A stretch of 64,000 nt of DNA from a bacterium (GCA_035388785.1 DAOOQN010000001.1:23996-87995); one strand, 5' to 3'. Counted from the first letter of the stretch, positions 36,524 to 47,036 are shown. Numbers and translations: made by a program. Notes: generated from the sequence alone by a model not told the origin.

Positions 36524-38125
36524 TTAATTTTTTATAAATTCATAAAAATAATACTCGACCTTGTCTTTATTTTTTAAATCAATAATAAATAAATTACCAA
36601 ATCTATATGCTCCTGATTGCTTAATTACTTCTTTATCAATATTATCAGCAATAATAATAATTTTATCTACTTGGCGTGGAATAAAAATTTTTCTGGCATA
36701 AATAATTTTTAATGCCGAACGATTTTTTATATGAAAATATTGTGGATTTTTATTATTCCCAAACAATTCATATAAATTATAATCGGGTAAATAATATTCT
36801 AAGTGTCGAAAATATTCTCCCATATTTGATATCCACTCATCTTGACCTTCCAAACGATATTGAAAACTTTTTTCTGTTATCAAAATTGTATTAGCTGGAT
36901 TAAATTGACTAATTTCACTACGATAATTAGCCATTAAACCATCAAAATCAGTAATACTTTGATAACTAAATTTTGTATACCATAAACTAAGATTATATAT
37001 TTTAGTACCCACATAAGGCTTAGTAAAAAAATTGGCACCAAAACAGAAAAAATATGTTTCTAACAAACAAACACACATAGTTATGAAAAAAAATATTTTT
37101 AATTTGCCAGTTTTAAAAATAAAAAATAAAGGCGCAGAAAATAAAACTATCAAAGATAGAGTCACTGTCATCAAATAACCAGGATTACCAAAATGAACAA
37201 AACTATAAAAAAAATACGAAGGTAATAACCACAATAAAAATAAAATGATATTTGGTCGAGTAAAAATATCCTTTATTTGTTCCTTGTTCTGGCTATAAAA
37301 AATAAAAATTGGTAACAAAATAAGCACATTTAAAATAATAATAGTCACTTTAGTAACGCTTTTTAGGTTTACTAAAAAAAATTGCCAGGAAGCGACCTGA
37401 AAAATAGAGGTCGCCGAAACAGCATGACTCAACTGCCAATTAGTAACTGATAAATAATTGTGCCAACCGTCAGACAAATAAATCAATGGAATAAACCAAA
37501 CTAAAAAAGAAGAAAATCCAATAACAATACTATAACCCAACTGTTTAAAATTTATGCTTTTATTTTTTATCAAAAAAATACTAACAAAAAACCACAATGG
37601 CAAAAATAATAGCAATAGACTTTCTCTTATTCCACCCGCACAAGCTAGAAAAAAACTGAACCAATACAAATATTTTACTTTTTTGCTTTTAATAATAAGC
37701 AAACTTAAAAAAACAAAAATAACGGAAAACAAAGCATCAAAAATATAGGTTGAAGCAACTTCCCCAAAAAACCAAAAATAAGGGTTAAATATTAAAATAA
37801 ACGATAACCAAAAAGCAAATTTTTTATTATCAAAAAACAGGCTGCAAAAATAATAAAAAATGATGACTGTAAAAATCGTGGCAACAATACTAATAATTAC
37901 ATATGCTAAGTTGGCATCAAAAAAGATAAAATTAAAAATTTTACCTAAAAAAACATACAAAATATATCCTGGCGGGTGTGGTTGGTGTTGCTGAAGACTA
38001 AATTTCTGTAAAGCTAAAGATAACTGCACCGCATCCCAGCTATACAAATAATGCGAAACAAATGGCAATCGTGTAATTAAAACAGTAAGAAATAAAATTA
38101 TTTCATGAAAATATTTTCTAAACAT
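36524..38125 (-). CDS. Polytopic membrane protein, GT-C-like
   Basis: 533 aa; about 12 TM helices then a soluble C-terminal domain. Overlaps the next gene by 8 bp. Confidence 0.5.
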   Translation of the reverse strand: MFRKYFHEIILFLTVLITRLPFVSHYLYSWDAVQLSLALQKFSLQQHQPHPPGYILYVFLGKIFNFIFFDANLAYVIISIVATIFTVIIFYYFCSLFFDNKKFAFWLSFILIFNPYFWFFGEVASTYIFDALFSVIFVFLSLLIIKSKKVKYLYWFSFFLACAGGIRESLLLLFLPLWFFVSIFLIKNKSINFKQLGYSIVIGFSSFLVWFIPLIYLSDGWHNYLSVTNWQLSHAVSATSIFQVASWQFFLVNLKSVTKVTIIILNVLILLPIFIFYSQNKEQIKDIFTRPNIILFLLWLLPSYFFYSFVHFGNPGYLMTVTLSLIVLFSAPLFFIFKTGKLKIFFFITMCVCLLETYFFCFGANFFTKPYVGTKIYNLSLWYTKFSYQSITDFDGLMANYRSEISQFNPANTILITEKSFQYRLEGQDEWISNMGEYFRHLEYYLPDYNLYELFGNNKNPQYFHIKNRSALKIIYARKIFIPRQVDKIIIIADNIDKEVIKQSGAYRFGNLFIIDLKNKDKVEYYFYEFIKN

Positions 38126-39233
38126 AAATTATTTCTCTTAGTTTCTCTGTGTGTATTTTCCAATTAAATTTATCCTCCACCATTTTTCTTCCAATTTCAC
38201 CAAACTTATCACATAAATCTTTATCTTCTAAAAGTATTTTCATTTTTTCTGCTAAATCTTTTACATCTCCAGGCTGTGCCAAAAACCCATTAATTTTATC
38301 TTTACATACCATACGCACACCAGGTAAATTTGTTGCTATGACTGCTTTGCTGTATTTCATAGCTTCAACCAACACCATACCAAACGCCTCACCAGAATTA
38401 ATTGATGGTAAAACCAAAAATTTACATTCGCTGTAAAGCCATTCTTTTTCCACATCATTAACTCTGCCAAAAAATTTTACTTTTTCTGTTAAACCCAAAT
38501 ACATAGCTAATTTTTCATATTCTGTGCGTAAATCACCGTCACCAACCAAAAACAATTTTATCTTTTGGTGTTGTAAAACCAACTGACTAAATGCATTTAA
38601 CAAAATATCGACTCCTTTAAAGTAGTGTGCCCGATCCATTCCACCCACAAATAAAATAAAATTTTCATTAGTCATCTGTTGTTCTTTATAAATTACTGGT
38701 TTTAAATCAGCACCCAAAGCTATCTCTACAAATTTATCTTTATGAGCCAAATAAAACTTTCCCAATGTAGAATGTATTGTATAATCAAGTGATTGTACCA
38801 TAACCTTAACAGCTGTTTTTAAAAATGATTTTAAAATCATGCGACTAGGTAAAGAAAAAACTTTAAAAAATAAATTTTTTGATATAAAATCCATGTGATA
38901 ATAAACAAAAACTTTACCATTCCAAAAACCGATTTTTTTCATAAACCACAAAACTTCCAATGTACCAAAAAATGGATAATGTAAAATTATTACATCAAAA
39001 CTTTTTAAACGCCATAAAAGTTGTGGTAAAAAAGCTGAATTACCATATTTTATCACGGGTTTTAAATAGTTAATTTTAAATTTTTCGTCTGTTATCTTTA
39101 CGCGACCAAAATCAGGTGTAAAAACTTCTACAGTTTCACCAATTTTTGTAAGGCCACGACTTTGCATTTCAGCCACCTTACCTATTCCACCACCATAAGG
39201 TGGGTAAACACAAACCACTTGTGCGATCTTCAT
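38118..39233 (-). CDS. Glycosyltransferase family 4
   Basis: 371 aa; EAFGMVLVEAMKYSKAVIATNLPG motif. Confidence 0.8.
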   Translation of the reverse strand: MKIAQVVCVYPPYGGGIGKVAEMQSRGLTKIGETVEVFTPDFGRVKITDEKFKINYLKPVIKYGNSAFLPQLLWRLKSFDVIILHYPFFGTLEVLWFMKKIGFWNGKVFVYYHMDFISKNLFFKVFSLPSRMILKSFLKTAVKVMVQSLDYTIHSTLGKFYLAHKDKFVEIALGADLKPVIYKEQQMTNENFILFVGGMDRAHYFKGVDILLNAFSQLVLQHQKIKLFLVGDGDLRTEYEKLAMYLGLTEKVKFFGRVNDVEKEWLYSECKFLVLPSINSGEAFGMVLVEAMKYSKAVIATNLPGVRMVCKDKINGFLAQPGDVKDLAEKMKILLEDKDLCDKFGEIGRKMVEDKFNWKIHTEKLREIIYV

Positions 39234-39239
39234 AAAAAA

Positions 39240-40274
39240 TTAAATGATTTTTTTAATCCACTGCCAATATAATTTCATAACTGGGTTAGCAATTTTATCC
39301 AATAAAAAATTGCTAACCTCCTGAAACTTTATTTCACTGACAAAATTCTTTGTTAATTCGATATCATTAATTTCTCTTATCTTTTGGATTTCTTGGCGAG
39401 CTCTAAACCAAGCTTTTATATTAATTAAAAACCAAAAATGAACCTCTAGCCACTGCCAAAAATAGCCACTTTTTAAAGCAAAATAAAATTGTCCCACATC
39501 CATAAAAACCAACATTGGCCAAATTAATAATAATGTTTTAAATTTATAAAACTTTAAAATTATATAAAGTCGATTTTTCTCCATCAAAAAATAACGATTT
39601 TTATTTTTAGTGGTCGGAAAAGAATAATCATGATAAACAATTGCTTCGGAGGCTAAAACTGTTTGATAGCCACACAGTCGTCCCCTTAAACAAATATCCG
39701 AATCCTCATGATAAGAACCAATGTTTTCGTCCAACAAGCCTATTTTTTTTAACATTTCCGCTTTATATAATACCGCCGCCGCCGATGCGTAGGTAATTTC
39801 TTTATTATTAAAATCAAAAAATTTTTCGTGATTACCACCAGTAAAACCATAACCAAGGTAGTGCAATTCATTGCCCCACGAATTAATCTCATTTCTGTTT
39901 TTATAATACAAAATTAACGGCTGTACAACACCAATTTTTTTATCACCTTCAGCTACTTTTACCAGTTCAAATAAAAAATCAGGTTCAACTTCAATATCCT
40001 GATTTAACAGTACTAAATATTCCGCACCCTGTTCAAGCGCGTATTGCATACCAATATTATTACCACCCACAAAACCCAAGTTTTTTTTCAATCTTATAAA
40101 ATGTAGATTTGGCCATTTTAATTCTTCCACAAATTCAGCGCTCCCATCAACAGAGTCGGAATCAATCACTACAAAATTTATTTTTTCGCCTGGATAATTT
40201 AAACTTGCCAAACTTTTAAAAAGTTTGGGCAAATATTTTAAACCATTCCAGGTTAAAATTATAATATAAATCAT
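39240..40274 (-). CDS. Glycosyltransferase family 2
   Basis: 344 aa; IIILTWNGLKYL...VVIDSDSVDGS; DxD-containing GT-A fold. Confidence 0.8.
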   Translation of the reverse strand: MIYIIILTWNGLKYLPKLFKSLASLNYPGEKINFVVIDSDSVDGSAEFVEELKWPNLHFIRLKKNLGFVGGNNIGMQYALEQGAEYLVLLNQDIEVEPDFLFELVKVAEGDKKIGVVQPLILYYKNRNEINSWGNELHYLGYGFTGGNHEKFFDFNNKEITYASAAAVLYKAEMLKKIGLLDENIGSYHEDSDICLRGRLCGYQTVLASEAIVYHDYSFPTTKNKNRYFLMEKNRLYIILKFYKFKTLLLIWPMLVFMDVGQFYFALKSGYFWQWLEVHFWFLINIKAWFRARQEIQKIREINDIELTKNFVSEIKFQEVSNFLLDKIANPVMKLYWQWIKKII

Positions 40275-40276
40275 AG

Positions 40277-40624
40277 CTAATTATTTTTTTCTGTCTCATG
40301 ACTGGCGGCCGCTTTTAGTGCATCTTGCCGAACAATTTTTGTAATATTTCTTTCCATCTTTTCAAGACGCGTATAAATACGAAAAATAAAATAAAAAACC
40401 AAAATCATACCCAAATAGAGCACTAGATCTGCTCCACGACCAATGCCAACCAAATTAGCCAAACTAGTCAAAAAATTTGGCACCCACACAGCCACACCGG
40501 CCACTAACCAAAACAACAACCAACCCATAAATTCTGATATTTTTAAATCCGCTTTTTTAAAACGACCAATTAAACGCCACAAAACAAAAAAAATAAAAAT
40601 TGAAATTATAATTTGAATAAGCAT
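40277..40624 (-). CDS. Small 3-TM membrane protein (DUF2304/GtrA-like GT2 companion)
   Basis: 115 aa, three TM helices, immediately adjacent to GT2 genes. Confidence 0.5.
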   Translation of the reverse strand: MLIQIIISIFIFFVLWRLIGRFKKADLKISEFMGWLLFWLVAGVAVWVPNFLTSLANLVGIGRGADLVLYLGMILVFYFIFRIYTRLEKMERNITKIVRQDALKAAASHETEKNN

Positions 40625-40639
40625 AAAATAAAAATTAAT

Positions 40640-41311
40640 TTAACTTTTAATAATTTTGTGAATAAAAATCTCCCATAAAATTTTTAAACCACCACCAACT
40701 CCTTGCCCAAATTCTTTATAAATTACACTAATCGGTAATTCTTTAAAACGCAAATTATTTTTTTTAATTTGTGCCACAATTTCTGTATTGTGTGACATGC
40801 CGTCTTGCAAGATCACTATCTTTTCGGCCGCCAATCGATTCATGGCTCTTAAACCACAATGTGCATCACTTAGTTTTAAACCAGTCAAAAAATAATTAAT
40901 TAGACGACTGATAGGGTGAATTATTTTTCTTTTCAACCAAGGCATCTGTATATTTTTTTGTAAAAAACGCGAACCTAAAACTATATCTACCTCATTGTTA
41001 ATTAATGGCTGTATGACATCCGAAATTTCATTAGCCAAAAATTGACCATCAGCATCAAAATGAATAACAATCCTTGCTCCATTTTGTAAAACAAACTCCG
41101 TGCCGGTTTGTAAAGCCGCACCCTGACCACGATTAATTTGCTGGCATACCACACTCACATCTTTTGCCCGTGCCAAAGCAACTGTCTCATCTTGTGATCC
41201 ATCATCCACCACTACTATTTTATAACCATATTTTAATAAATCATCCAAGGTGTTTTGGATATTTTTTGCTTCATTATAAGCCGGCACAACAACAAAAGTT
41301 GTTTCATTCAT
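40640..41311 (-). CDS. Glycosyltransferase family 2
   Basis: 223 aa; FVVVPAYNEAKNI...VVVDDGSQDET. Confidence 0.8.
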   Translation of the reverse strand: MNETTFVVVPAYNEAKNIQNTLDDLLKYGYKIVVVDDGSQDETVALARAKDVSVVCQQINRGQGAALQTGTEFVLQNGARIVIHFDADGQFLANEISDVIQPLINNEVDIVLGSRFLQKNIQMPWLKRKIIHPISRLINYFLTGLKLSDAHCGLRAMNRLAAEKIVILQDGMSHNTEIVAQIKKNNLRFKELPISVIYKEFGQGVGGGLKILWEIFIHKIIKS

Positions 41312-41313
41312 AA

Positions 41314-42321
41314 TTAAAAATTGCTCCTATACTCCTTCAAATGAACTTTCATATCCTCAACGGTTTTAATCAAACCATCTTCCAATGACACCATTGGAAA
41401 CCAATCCAGACCCTCTTTGGCCAAACCAATGTCAGGAACTAATTGTTTTGAGGTATAGGGTAAGTGTTCTTTAAATTCTAATTTAGAAGAAGAATTACAC
41501 AAATCAATAATTTTTTTTGCTAAATCAGCAATGCGTATAGTATCTTCACTACCTAAATTAATCGGCATGTTGATATCTGAATTCATCAATCGTATCAAAC
41601 CCTCTATCATATCGTCAATATAACAATAACTACCCATTTCGTCTTCCAAACCATAAACAGTAACGGTTTTATTCAATAAGGCATTTACTGCAAAATCTGG
41701 TATCATACGACCATCATCCAATTTCATGCGCGGTCCATAAGTATTGAAGACACGCGCTATTTTAACATTAATATCTTCCTTAGAGTGATAACTCATCACC
41801 AAACTTTCTGCAAAACGCTTACCTTCATTATAACAAGCACGTGGACCAATCGGATTAACCTTACCCCAATTATCTTCACGCACCAAATTCATATCATCCA
41901 GATCGCCATAAATGGCTGAGGTGGACAAATGTAAAATTTTTGCTTTGTGTTTTTTGGCCAGTAGTAAAACATTATTTGTACCATAAGAATTGGTCATCAA
42001 TGTCTCAATTGGTAAATTGTTGTATTTTTGTGGAGAAGTTGGACAGGCTAAATTATAAATTTCTTGAATACCCTGCAACTCAACCTTGAATTCTTTCAAT
42101 TCAGAACAGTCTTCTAACTTTAACGGCACACTAATGTCATGCTTAATAAACTTAAAAGCTGGATCGCTAAATAGTTGATCAATATTTTTTTCCGAACCGG
42201 TAATAAAATTATCCACGCAAATAACGTGATTTTTTTTTACCAACTCATCACATAGATGCGAACCAATAAAACCGGCTCCGCCAGTAACTAAAATGTTTTT
42301 TTTACCTGATGGATAAAACAT
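41314..42321 (-). CDS. UDP-glucuronate decarboxylase / UDP-xylose synthase-like SDR
   Basis: 335 aa; ILVTGGAGFIGSHL Rossmann motif; YxxxK present; overall UXS-like. Confidence 0.7.
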   Translation of the reverse strand: MFYPSGKKNILVTGGAGFIGSHLCDELVKKNHVICVDNFITGSEKNIDQLFSDPAFKFIKHDISVPLKLEDCSELKEFKVELQGIQEIYNLACPTSPQKYNNLPIETLMTNSYGTNNVLLLAKKHKAKILHLSTSAIYGDLDDMNLVREDNWGKVNPIGPRACYNEGKRFAESLVMSYHSKEDINVKIARVFNTYGPRMKLDDGRMIPDFAVNALLNKTVTVYGLEDEMGSYCYIDDMIEGLIRLMNSDINMPINLGSEDTIRIADLAKKIIDLCNSSSKLEFKEHLPYTSKQLVPDIGLAKEGLDWFPMVSLEDGLIKTVEDMKVHLKEYRSNF

Positions 42322-42345
42322 AAAATTATTTTTTTAATTTTCAAT

Positions 42346-42461
42346 TTATAATTTCTAAACAATAATTCAGTCGCCCAATTTTTAACTTCTAAAAATTTAA
42401 AATATTAGAAATTAAAACATTAAAAATTGTTTAGAAATTGAAAATTAGAAATTAAACATTT
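42346..42461. repeat. Iterated TTAGAAATT(R)AAA motif (3 direct, 1-2 inverted copies) in the promoter region of the UXS-GT2 operon
   Basis: Direct copies ttagaaattaaaaca (42404), tttagaaattgaaaat (42430) and tagaaattaaacat (42446); inverted copy aatttctaa (42351). Confidence 0.5.
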
Positions 42462-44697
42462 ATTCTGCTGCCACTCGCACGCCACCTCTAAATTTAGAAT
42501 CGTAAGCAAAAAATTGTAATTGTAGTTCTCCGTTTAAACTAAAAACTCGCACTTGTGGTCCGCCAGACACACCTGCACCTGTAATAATCTCATCTTTTGA
42601 GTCACTGTTAATATCACCTGCGGCCACAAAAACTCCGCCTTTAAATTTTTTATCAAAAGCCAAAAAATTATTTAATAACTCACCTTTAAAATTAAATATA
42701 CGCACTTGTGGGGTATTGCCTGTACCAGCACCAACAATAATCTCATCACGACCGTCACCATCCACATCACCTGCGGCCACGCGTACCCCTTGTTTAAATT
42801 TCACATCAAAAACTAAAAACGAAGTCAACAAATTACCTTGTGGATCAAAAATTTTAACCCGTGGTTCATAACTACCCATAGGCGCTACAATAATCTCATC
42901 CCGACCATCACCATTTACATCACCTGCAGCCACAAAAACTCCACCTCTAAATTTTTTATCAAAAGCCATAAAACTACCTTTTATATGACCTTGGTAATCA
43001 AAAACTTTTATATCTGGTCCACCGCCCTTGGCCGGACCAGTAATAATTTCTAAAACCCCATCCGCATCAGTATCGCCCACTGCCACCTCTAAACCACCAC
43101 GAAAATTTTGATCATAAACCATAATTTGTTCTTCCAGATTTCCATTTTCAGAAAAAATCTTAACCCAGGGATAAGTGCCCTTACCCAGCCCAACCACAAT
43201 CTCTTTTTTTCCATCATTATCTATATCACCCGAAGCCAATGATAAACCACCCCTAAATTTATTATCAAAAGCAAAAAATTCTTCCTTCAAAGTATTTTGC
43301 TCCAAAATTTTAACATGTGGTCCACCACCCACACCAGCAGCGGTCAAAATCTTTTTTCTATCAAATTGTGTTGTTGGTGTCTCAGTCACCGCAGCACTCA
43401 CCGCCGCATAAACATCCAGTAGTCCTTTACCCAACTTACCTTTATAGTTTGGGTTTTGATTATCAATATTATGTGCACTATTTAAAACAACTTCCTGCAC
43501 TTGCATAATTGATAAATTTGGTTTAATCGCTTTTATTAAAGCTAAAGCCCCAGCAACCTGTGGTGCAGAAACAGAGGTTCCAGTAAATCCTAATTTATAA
43601 TAATCACTAAATTCATAACTATTATTCTGATGAAAAGTTGTGCTAAATAAGCGCACTCCTGGTGCAACCAAATCCACACACTTGGAACCATAGTTAGAAA
43701 AACTGGTCAAAATATTATCATTATCAACCGCAGCCACTCCCAAAACCCAATTCTCCCCATTTGGTCCATCGTGACAAACAGGATAAGAAAGATTATTTTC
43801 AATACCCATATCTAAACCACTTGAAACTTCATTCCCAGCAGCGGCCACCACCAAAACCCCAGCTTCATAAGCTTTTTTAATAGCATTTTCTAAAGTCAAA
43901 CTACGACCATGACCCACAAAACTTAAATTAATAATTTGTGCACCTTGTTTGACCGCATAATCAATTGCTTCCGCTACCTTATCAGTTGCCCCCAGGCCAG
44001 CACTATCCAAAACTCTCAGTGGCATAATTTTACTATTCCAAGTCACACCAGCAATACCCTCACCATTATGACCACGAGCCGCTGCAATGCCCGCCACTAC
44101 AGTGCCATGATTAACACCAACTTTACTATATGGCTCAATAATTTTTGGTAAAACATCTTTAGAATTGGTCAAAAAATCCCAACCGTGTACATCATCAGTA
44201 TAACTATTTTCATCATCATCAATACCATTATCAGCAATTTCTTTAAAATTAGTCCAAATATTATCTTTTAAATCCGGATGGTTTATATCCACGCCTGTAT
44301 CCAAAACAGCAACTGTCACCTGAGCAGAACCCACTGTAACATCCCAAGCTGGAATAGCTTTAATAATAGATAGATATAATTGCTGACTAAAAAATGTATC
44401 CGAGGGTTCTAATGAGGTTTGATAAATATAATTCGGTTCAACATAATCCACTGCAGCATTATTTTGATAATAATCCATAAGCTTAAACAACTCTTTATCA
44501 TCAGCAAACTTAAACTTATAAATATTCTCGCTGCCTTTTAATTTCACCAACAACTCTCCGGCTTGGTGTGCTGCAAGTGTTTCTTTAATATTCACACTTT
44601 CAGCATTCACAAATGAAAAGATAGAACCATTAAAAAACATGGCTAAAAAAAACACCCACAACCAAATTAAATTATTTTTAACTTTTTTATTTTTCAT
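42460..44697 (-). CDS. Secreted subtilisin-like serine protease (S8) with C-terminal FG-GAP/VCBS-like repeats
   Basis: 745 aa with a signal/TM at the N-terminus and the catalytic triad motifs VAVLDTGVD (Asp), HGTVVAGIAAA (His) and GTSVSAPQVAGALAL (Ser). About eight repeats of F.FD.KFRGG..VA.GD..GDG..EI follow. Confidence 0.85.
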   Translation of the reverse strand: MKNKKVKNNLIWLWVFFLAMFFNGSIFSFVNAESVNIKETLAAHQAGELLVKLKGSENIYKFKFADDKELFKLMDYYQNNAAVDYVEPNYIYQTSLEPSDTFFSQQLYLSIIKAIPAWDVTVGSAQVTVAVLDTGVDINHPDLKDNIWTNFKEIADNGIDDDENSYTDDVHGWDFLTNSKDVLPKIIEPYSKVGVNHGTVVAGIAAARGHNGEGIAGVTWNSKIMPLRVLDSAGLGATDKVAEAIDYAVKQGAQIINLSFVGHGRSLTLENAIKKAYEAGVLVVAAAGNEVSSGLDMGIENNLSYPVCHDGPNGENWVLGVAAVDNDNILTSFSNYGSKCVDLVAPGVRLFSTTFHQNNSYEFSDYYKLGFTGTSVSAPQVAGALALIKAIKPNLSIMQVQEVVLNSAHNIDNQNPNYKGKLGKGLLDVYAAVSAAVTETPTTQFDRKKILTAAGVGGGPHVKILEQNTLKEEFFAFDNKFRGGLSLASGDIDNDGKKEIVVGLGKGTYPWVKIFSENGNLEEQIMVYDQNFRGGLEVAVGDTDADGVLEIITGPAKGGGPDIKVFDYQGHIKGSFMAFDKKFRGGVFVAAGDVNGDGRDEIIVAPMGSYEPRVKIFDPQGNLLTSFLVFDVKFKQGVRVAAGDVDGDGRDEIIVGAGTGNTPQVRIFNFKGELLNNFLAFDKKFKGGVFVAAGDINSDSKDEIITGAGVSGGPQVRVFSLNGELQLQFFAYDSKFRGGVRVAAE

Positions 44698-44711
44698 TTA
44701 AATTTAAAAAA

Positions 44712-46952
44712 TTAATTTTCCAAAAGTTGTAAAAACTTCTCCGCCTCAGCCTGCAGTGCCGGATTAAGTTCGACTGCCTTTTTTACTGCTTGTCTGGCTT
44801 TTTCTTTTTGTCCAATTTCCCTATAAATTGTCGCCAATTTAGCATAATTATCAGCCGTTGGTTGTAAGAATGTTAATTTTTCTAACACCGCCGCTACTGC
44901 TTCTTTTTTTCCAGCCACCATATATACTCTATAAAGTCGCTCTAAATTTTCTGGACTACTAAAATTATAACCGTTCTTGGCCATAAAATCATATTGTGCA
45001 CCGGCTTCCGTATCGCGGCCAGCCACTGCATAAGCAGCCATCAAGTTCCATCTTGATTCCATGGTTTTTGGATTTAAATCAACAGCTTTCTGAAAATAAA
45101 CAATGCCATCATCAAAACGTTTCTGGCCAATTCTAGCCTGTCCCATTTCAAAATATATTTGTGGCCTAGTCGGTGACAGTGGTAATGCTTTTTCACCCCA
45201 ATTAATTACCTGCTCAAGTCGTGTCGTGTCAAAACCAGCACTCCGATTTAAAAGTGCCATTAAATACAAATAATTTTGTACATCCTTAGGCGCAGCCTTA
45301 ATATTAGCCTTAACTTCATCAATCGCTAAATTAAAATTGTTAATTACCTGTGTATTATCAAGCCCGCTGCTTGTATTATTAGACAAAATCACATTATCGG
45401 CTAATTTCTGTCTTATTTCTGATGTTTGATAGGTGTTCATATCAATCGCTTGCTTAAATAAATCTATAGCACTTTGTTCTTTGCCAGCATTAACCAATCC
45501 CAAACCTTCTATGGCCTTAGTGTTAGCCTGCATTGGTTTCAAATTAAAAATATAAGCCACAATAATAAAAACCAAAACCATTGATAAAGCACCAATCCAA
45601 TTAATTTCGTCCACATTTTTTATCTGGTTTTGTAATAGGCTTTTCTCCCCTTGTTTTTCAGTAATAAACACAGCCAAGGCCAACATAATAAACAACATCA
45701 AAAATGTTGACAGCACATCAAACACAAAAATATTTTGTACAAAATGAGCCACTAACGCCACACCCAAAACACGTGTTAAATAAAATTCTTGCTCGCGTAG
45801 TTGCCAAAGTTTTTTTAAAGCAAAAAAGAACAGCATTAAATAAGTCAACAATCCAAACACACCAGTCGCCACCGCCACATCAAAAATTGTGTTGTGCGCT
45901 CGATCAAACCATAGTTGAGAACCTTGATCAACAAAAATCTCTGGATGAAAATATTTATTAAAAGCAACATTGTAATTCTCCCAACCATAACCTACAAAAA
46001 AACGATCTTTCCATCCCTTCCAAGAAGTATCCCAAGCTAAAAGACGTGATTGGGTGGTCACATCAGTGGCTGAAATACCAACCAATCTTCTTAAGGTTGA
46101 CTGATTTTGTACCCAGGTTGCATTACGATTAAACCAGACGCTCACGCTAATAATAATTATGACAACCAAAATACCAATAGCCGACCAACGTAATTTATTT
46201 TTTTCCTTAGTTTCTTTATTAAAAATAAATAATAGACTCAATAAACCAGCACCAATAATCCAAGCCAACACCGCGCCCCTAGTCTGTGTATTATAAATAA
46301 TAAATAATTGCAACAGGGCTGAGAATGCAAAAAATAATTTGGCAAAAAGATTTCTTCTCTCAAAAAACAACAACACAGAAAAATAAAACATTTGTAAAGC
46401 AAAAGCACCCAAAAAAGCCGCGTTTCCAATGGTAGCAGCCAAACGTCCAGCACCCGGATTAATAATTTCCCAGAATAAAAATTTCTGTACATTAAATTTT
46501 TGTAACACGCCATAACCAGCCACTAAACCGCCCACCATCACTGCACCACTTAAATAATTCAGCCATTCTTTTTTCTCTTTAAACAACCAAGTTAAAAGTA
46601 AAAAATAAACAATCACATGTGCCAAGGTTAAAAAACCTTCCCCCCGTTCAATAGTACCCCAAAAAGTCTTGTAGAAATTAACACCAAAAATTCCAGTTAC
46701 CAACACAATACCGCCAAAAATAACCACTAACCAACTAATAATATTCATCTGTGGCCGATATCTTTTATCTAACAAAATGAGCCAGCCATACAATAATAAA
46801 GCAATTTCCAACAATAATCGAAAATACATGGTCTTGGAGGTGATAAATGGAAATAAAAATTTAGAAAAAACCAATAGCGGGGTCAACAAAATTAAATACA
46901 AAACCGCCTTTAAGGCATAGCGCAAATAATGAGCAAGTTTTTCAGTAGTCAT
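44712..46952 (-). CDS. O-antigen ligase/polymerase-like (Wzy_C) membrane protein with C-terminal TPR repeats
   Basis: 746 aa; about 12 TM helices including a Wzy_C-like loop (NTQTRGAVLAWIIGAGLL) and about 250 aa of C-terminal TPR repeats. Confidence 0.7.
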   Translation of the reverse strand: MTTEKLAHYLRYALKAVLYLILLTPLLVFSKFLFPFITSKTMYFRLLLEIALLLYGWLILLDKRYRPQMNIISWLVVIFGGIVLVTGIFGVNFYKTFWGTIERGEGFLTLAHVIVYFLLLTWLFKEKKEWLNYLSGAVMVGGLVAGYGVLQKFNVQKFLFWEIINPGAGRLAATIGNAAFLGAFALQMFYFSVLLFFERRNLFAKLFFAFSALLQLFIIYNTQTRGAVLAWIIGAGLLSLLFIFNKETKEKNKLRWSAIGILVVIIIISVSVWFNRNATWVQNQSTLRRLVGISATDVTTQSRLLAWDTSWKGWKDRFFVGYGWENYNVAFNKYFHPEIFVDQGSQLWFDRAHNTIFDVAVATGVFGLLTYLMLFFFALKKLWQLREQEFYLTRVLGVALVAHFVQNIFVFDVLSTFLMLFIMLALAVFITEKQGEKSLLQNQIKNVDEINWIGALSMVLVFIIVAYIFNLKPMQANTKAIEGLGLVNAGKEQSAIDLFKQAIDMNTYQTSEIRQKLADNVILSNNTSSGLDNTQVINNFNLAIDEVKANIKAAPKDVQNYLYLMALLNRSAGFDTTRLEQVINWGEKALPLSPTRPQIYFEMGQARIGQKRFDDGIVYFQKAVDLNPKTMESRWNLMAAYAVAGRDTEAGAQYDFMAKNGYNFSSPENLERLYRVYMVAGKKEAVAAVLEKLTFLQPTADNYAKLATIYREIGQKEKARQAVKKAVELNPALQAEAEKFLQLLEN

Positions 46953-47036
46953 AAGTTTTATTTTTCAAGTTTATTAATATAATTTTACCCCAACCTGTTA
47001 ATTATATCAAACTTGCTTTTTTAACAAAAATGTTAT

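Noticed and set aside
42346-42461. Considered a CRISPR array or mobile-element terminal repeats for the TTAGAAATT iterations
   Set aside because: The repeat unit is only 9 nt, spacing is irregular, there are no unique spacers of CRISPR size, and no cas or transposase genes are nearby.
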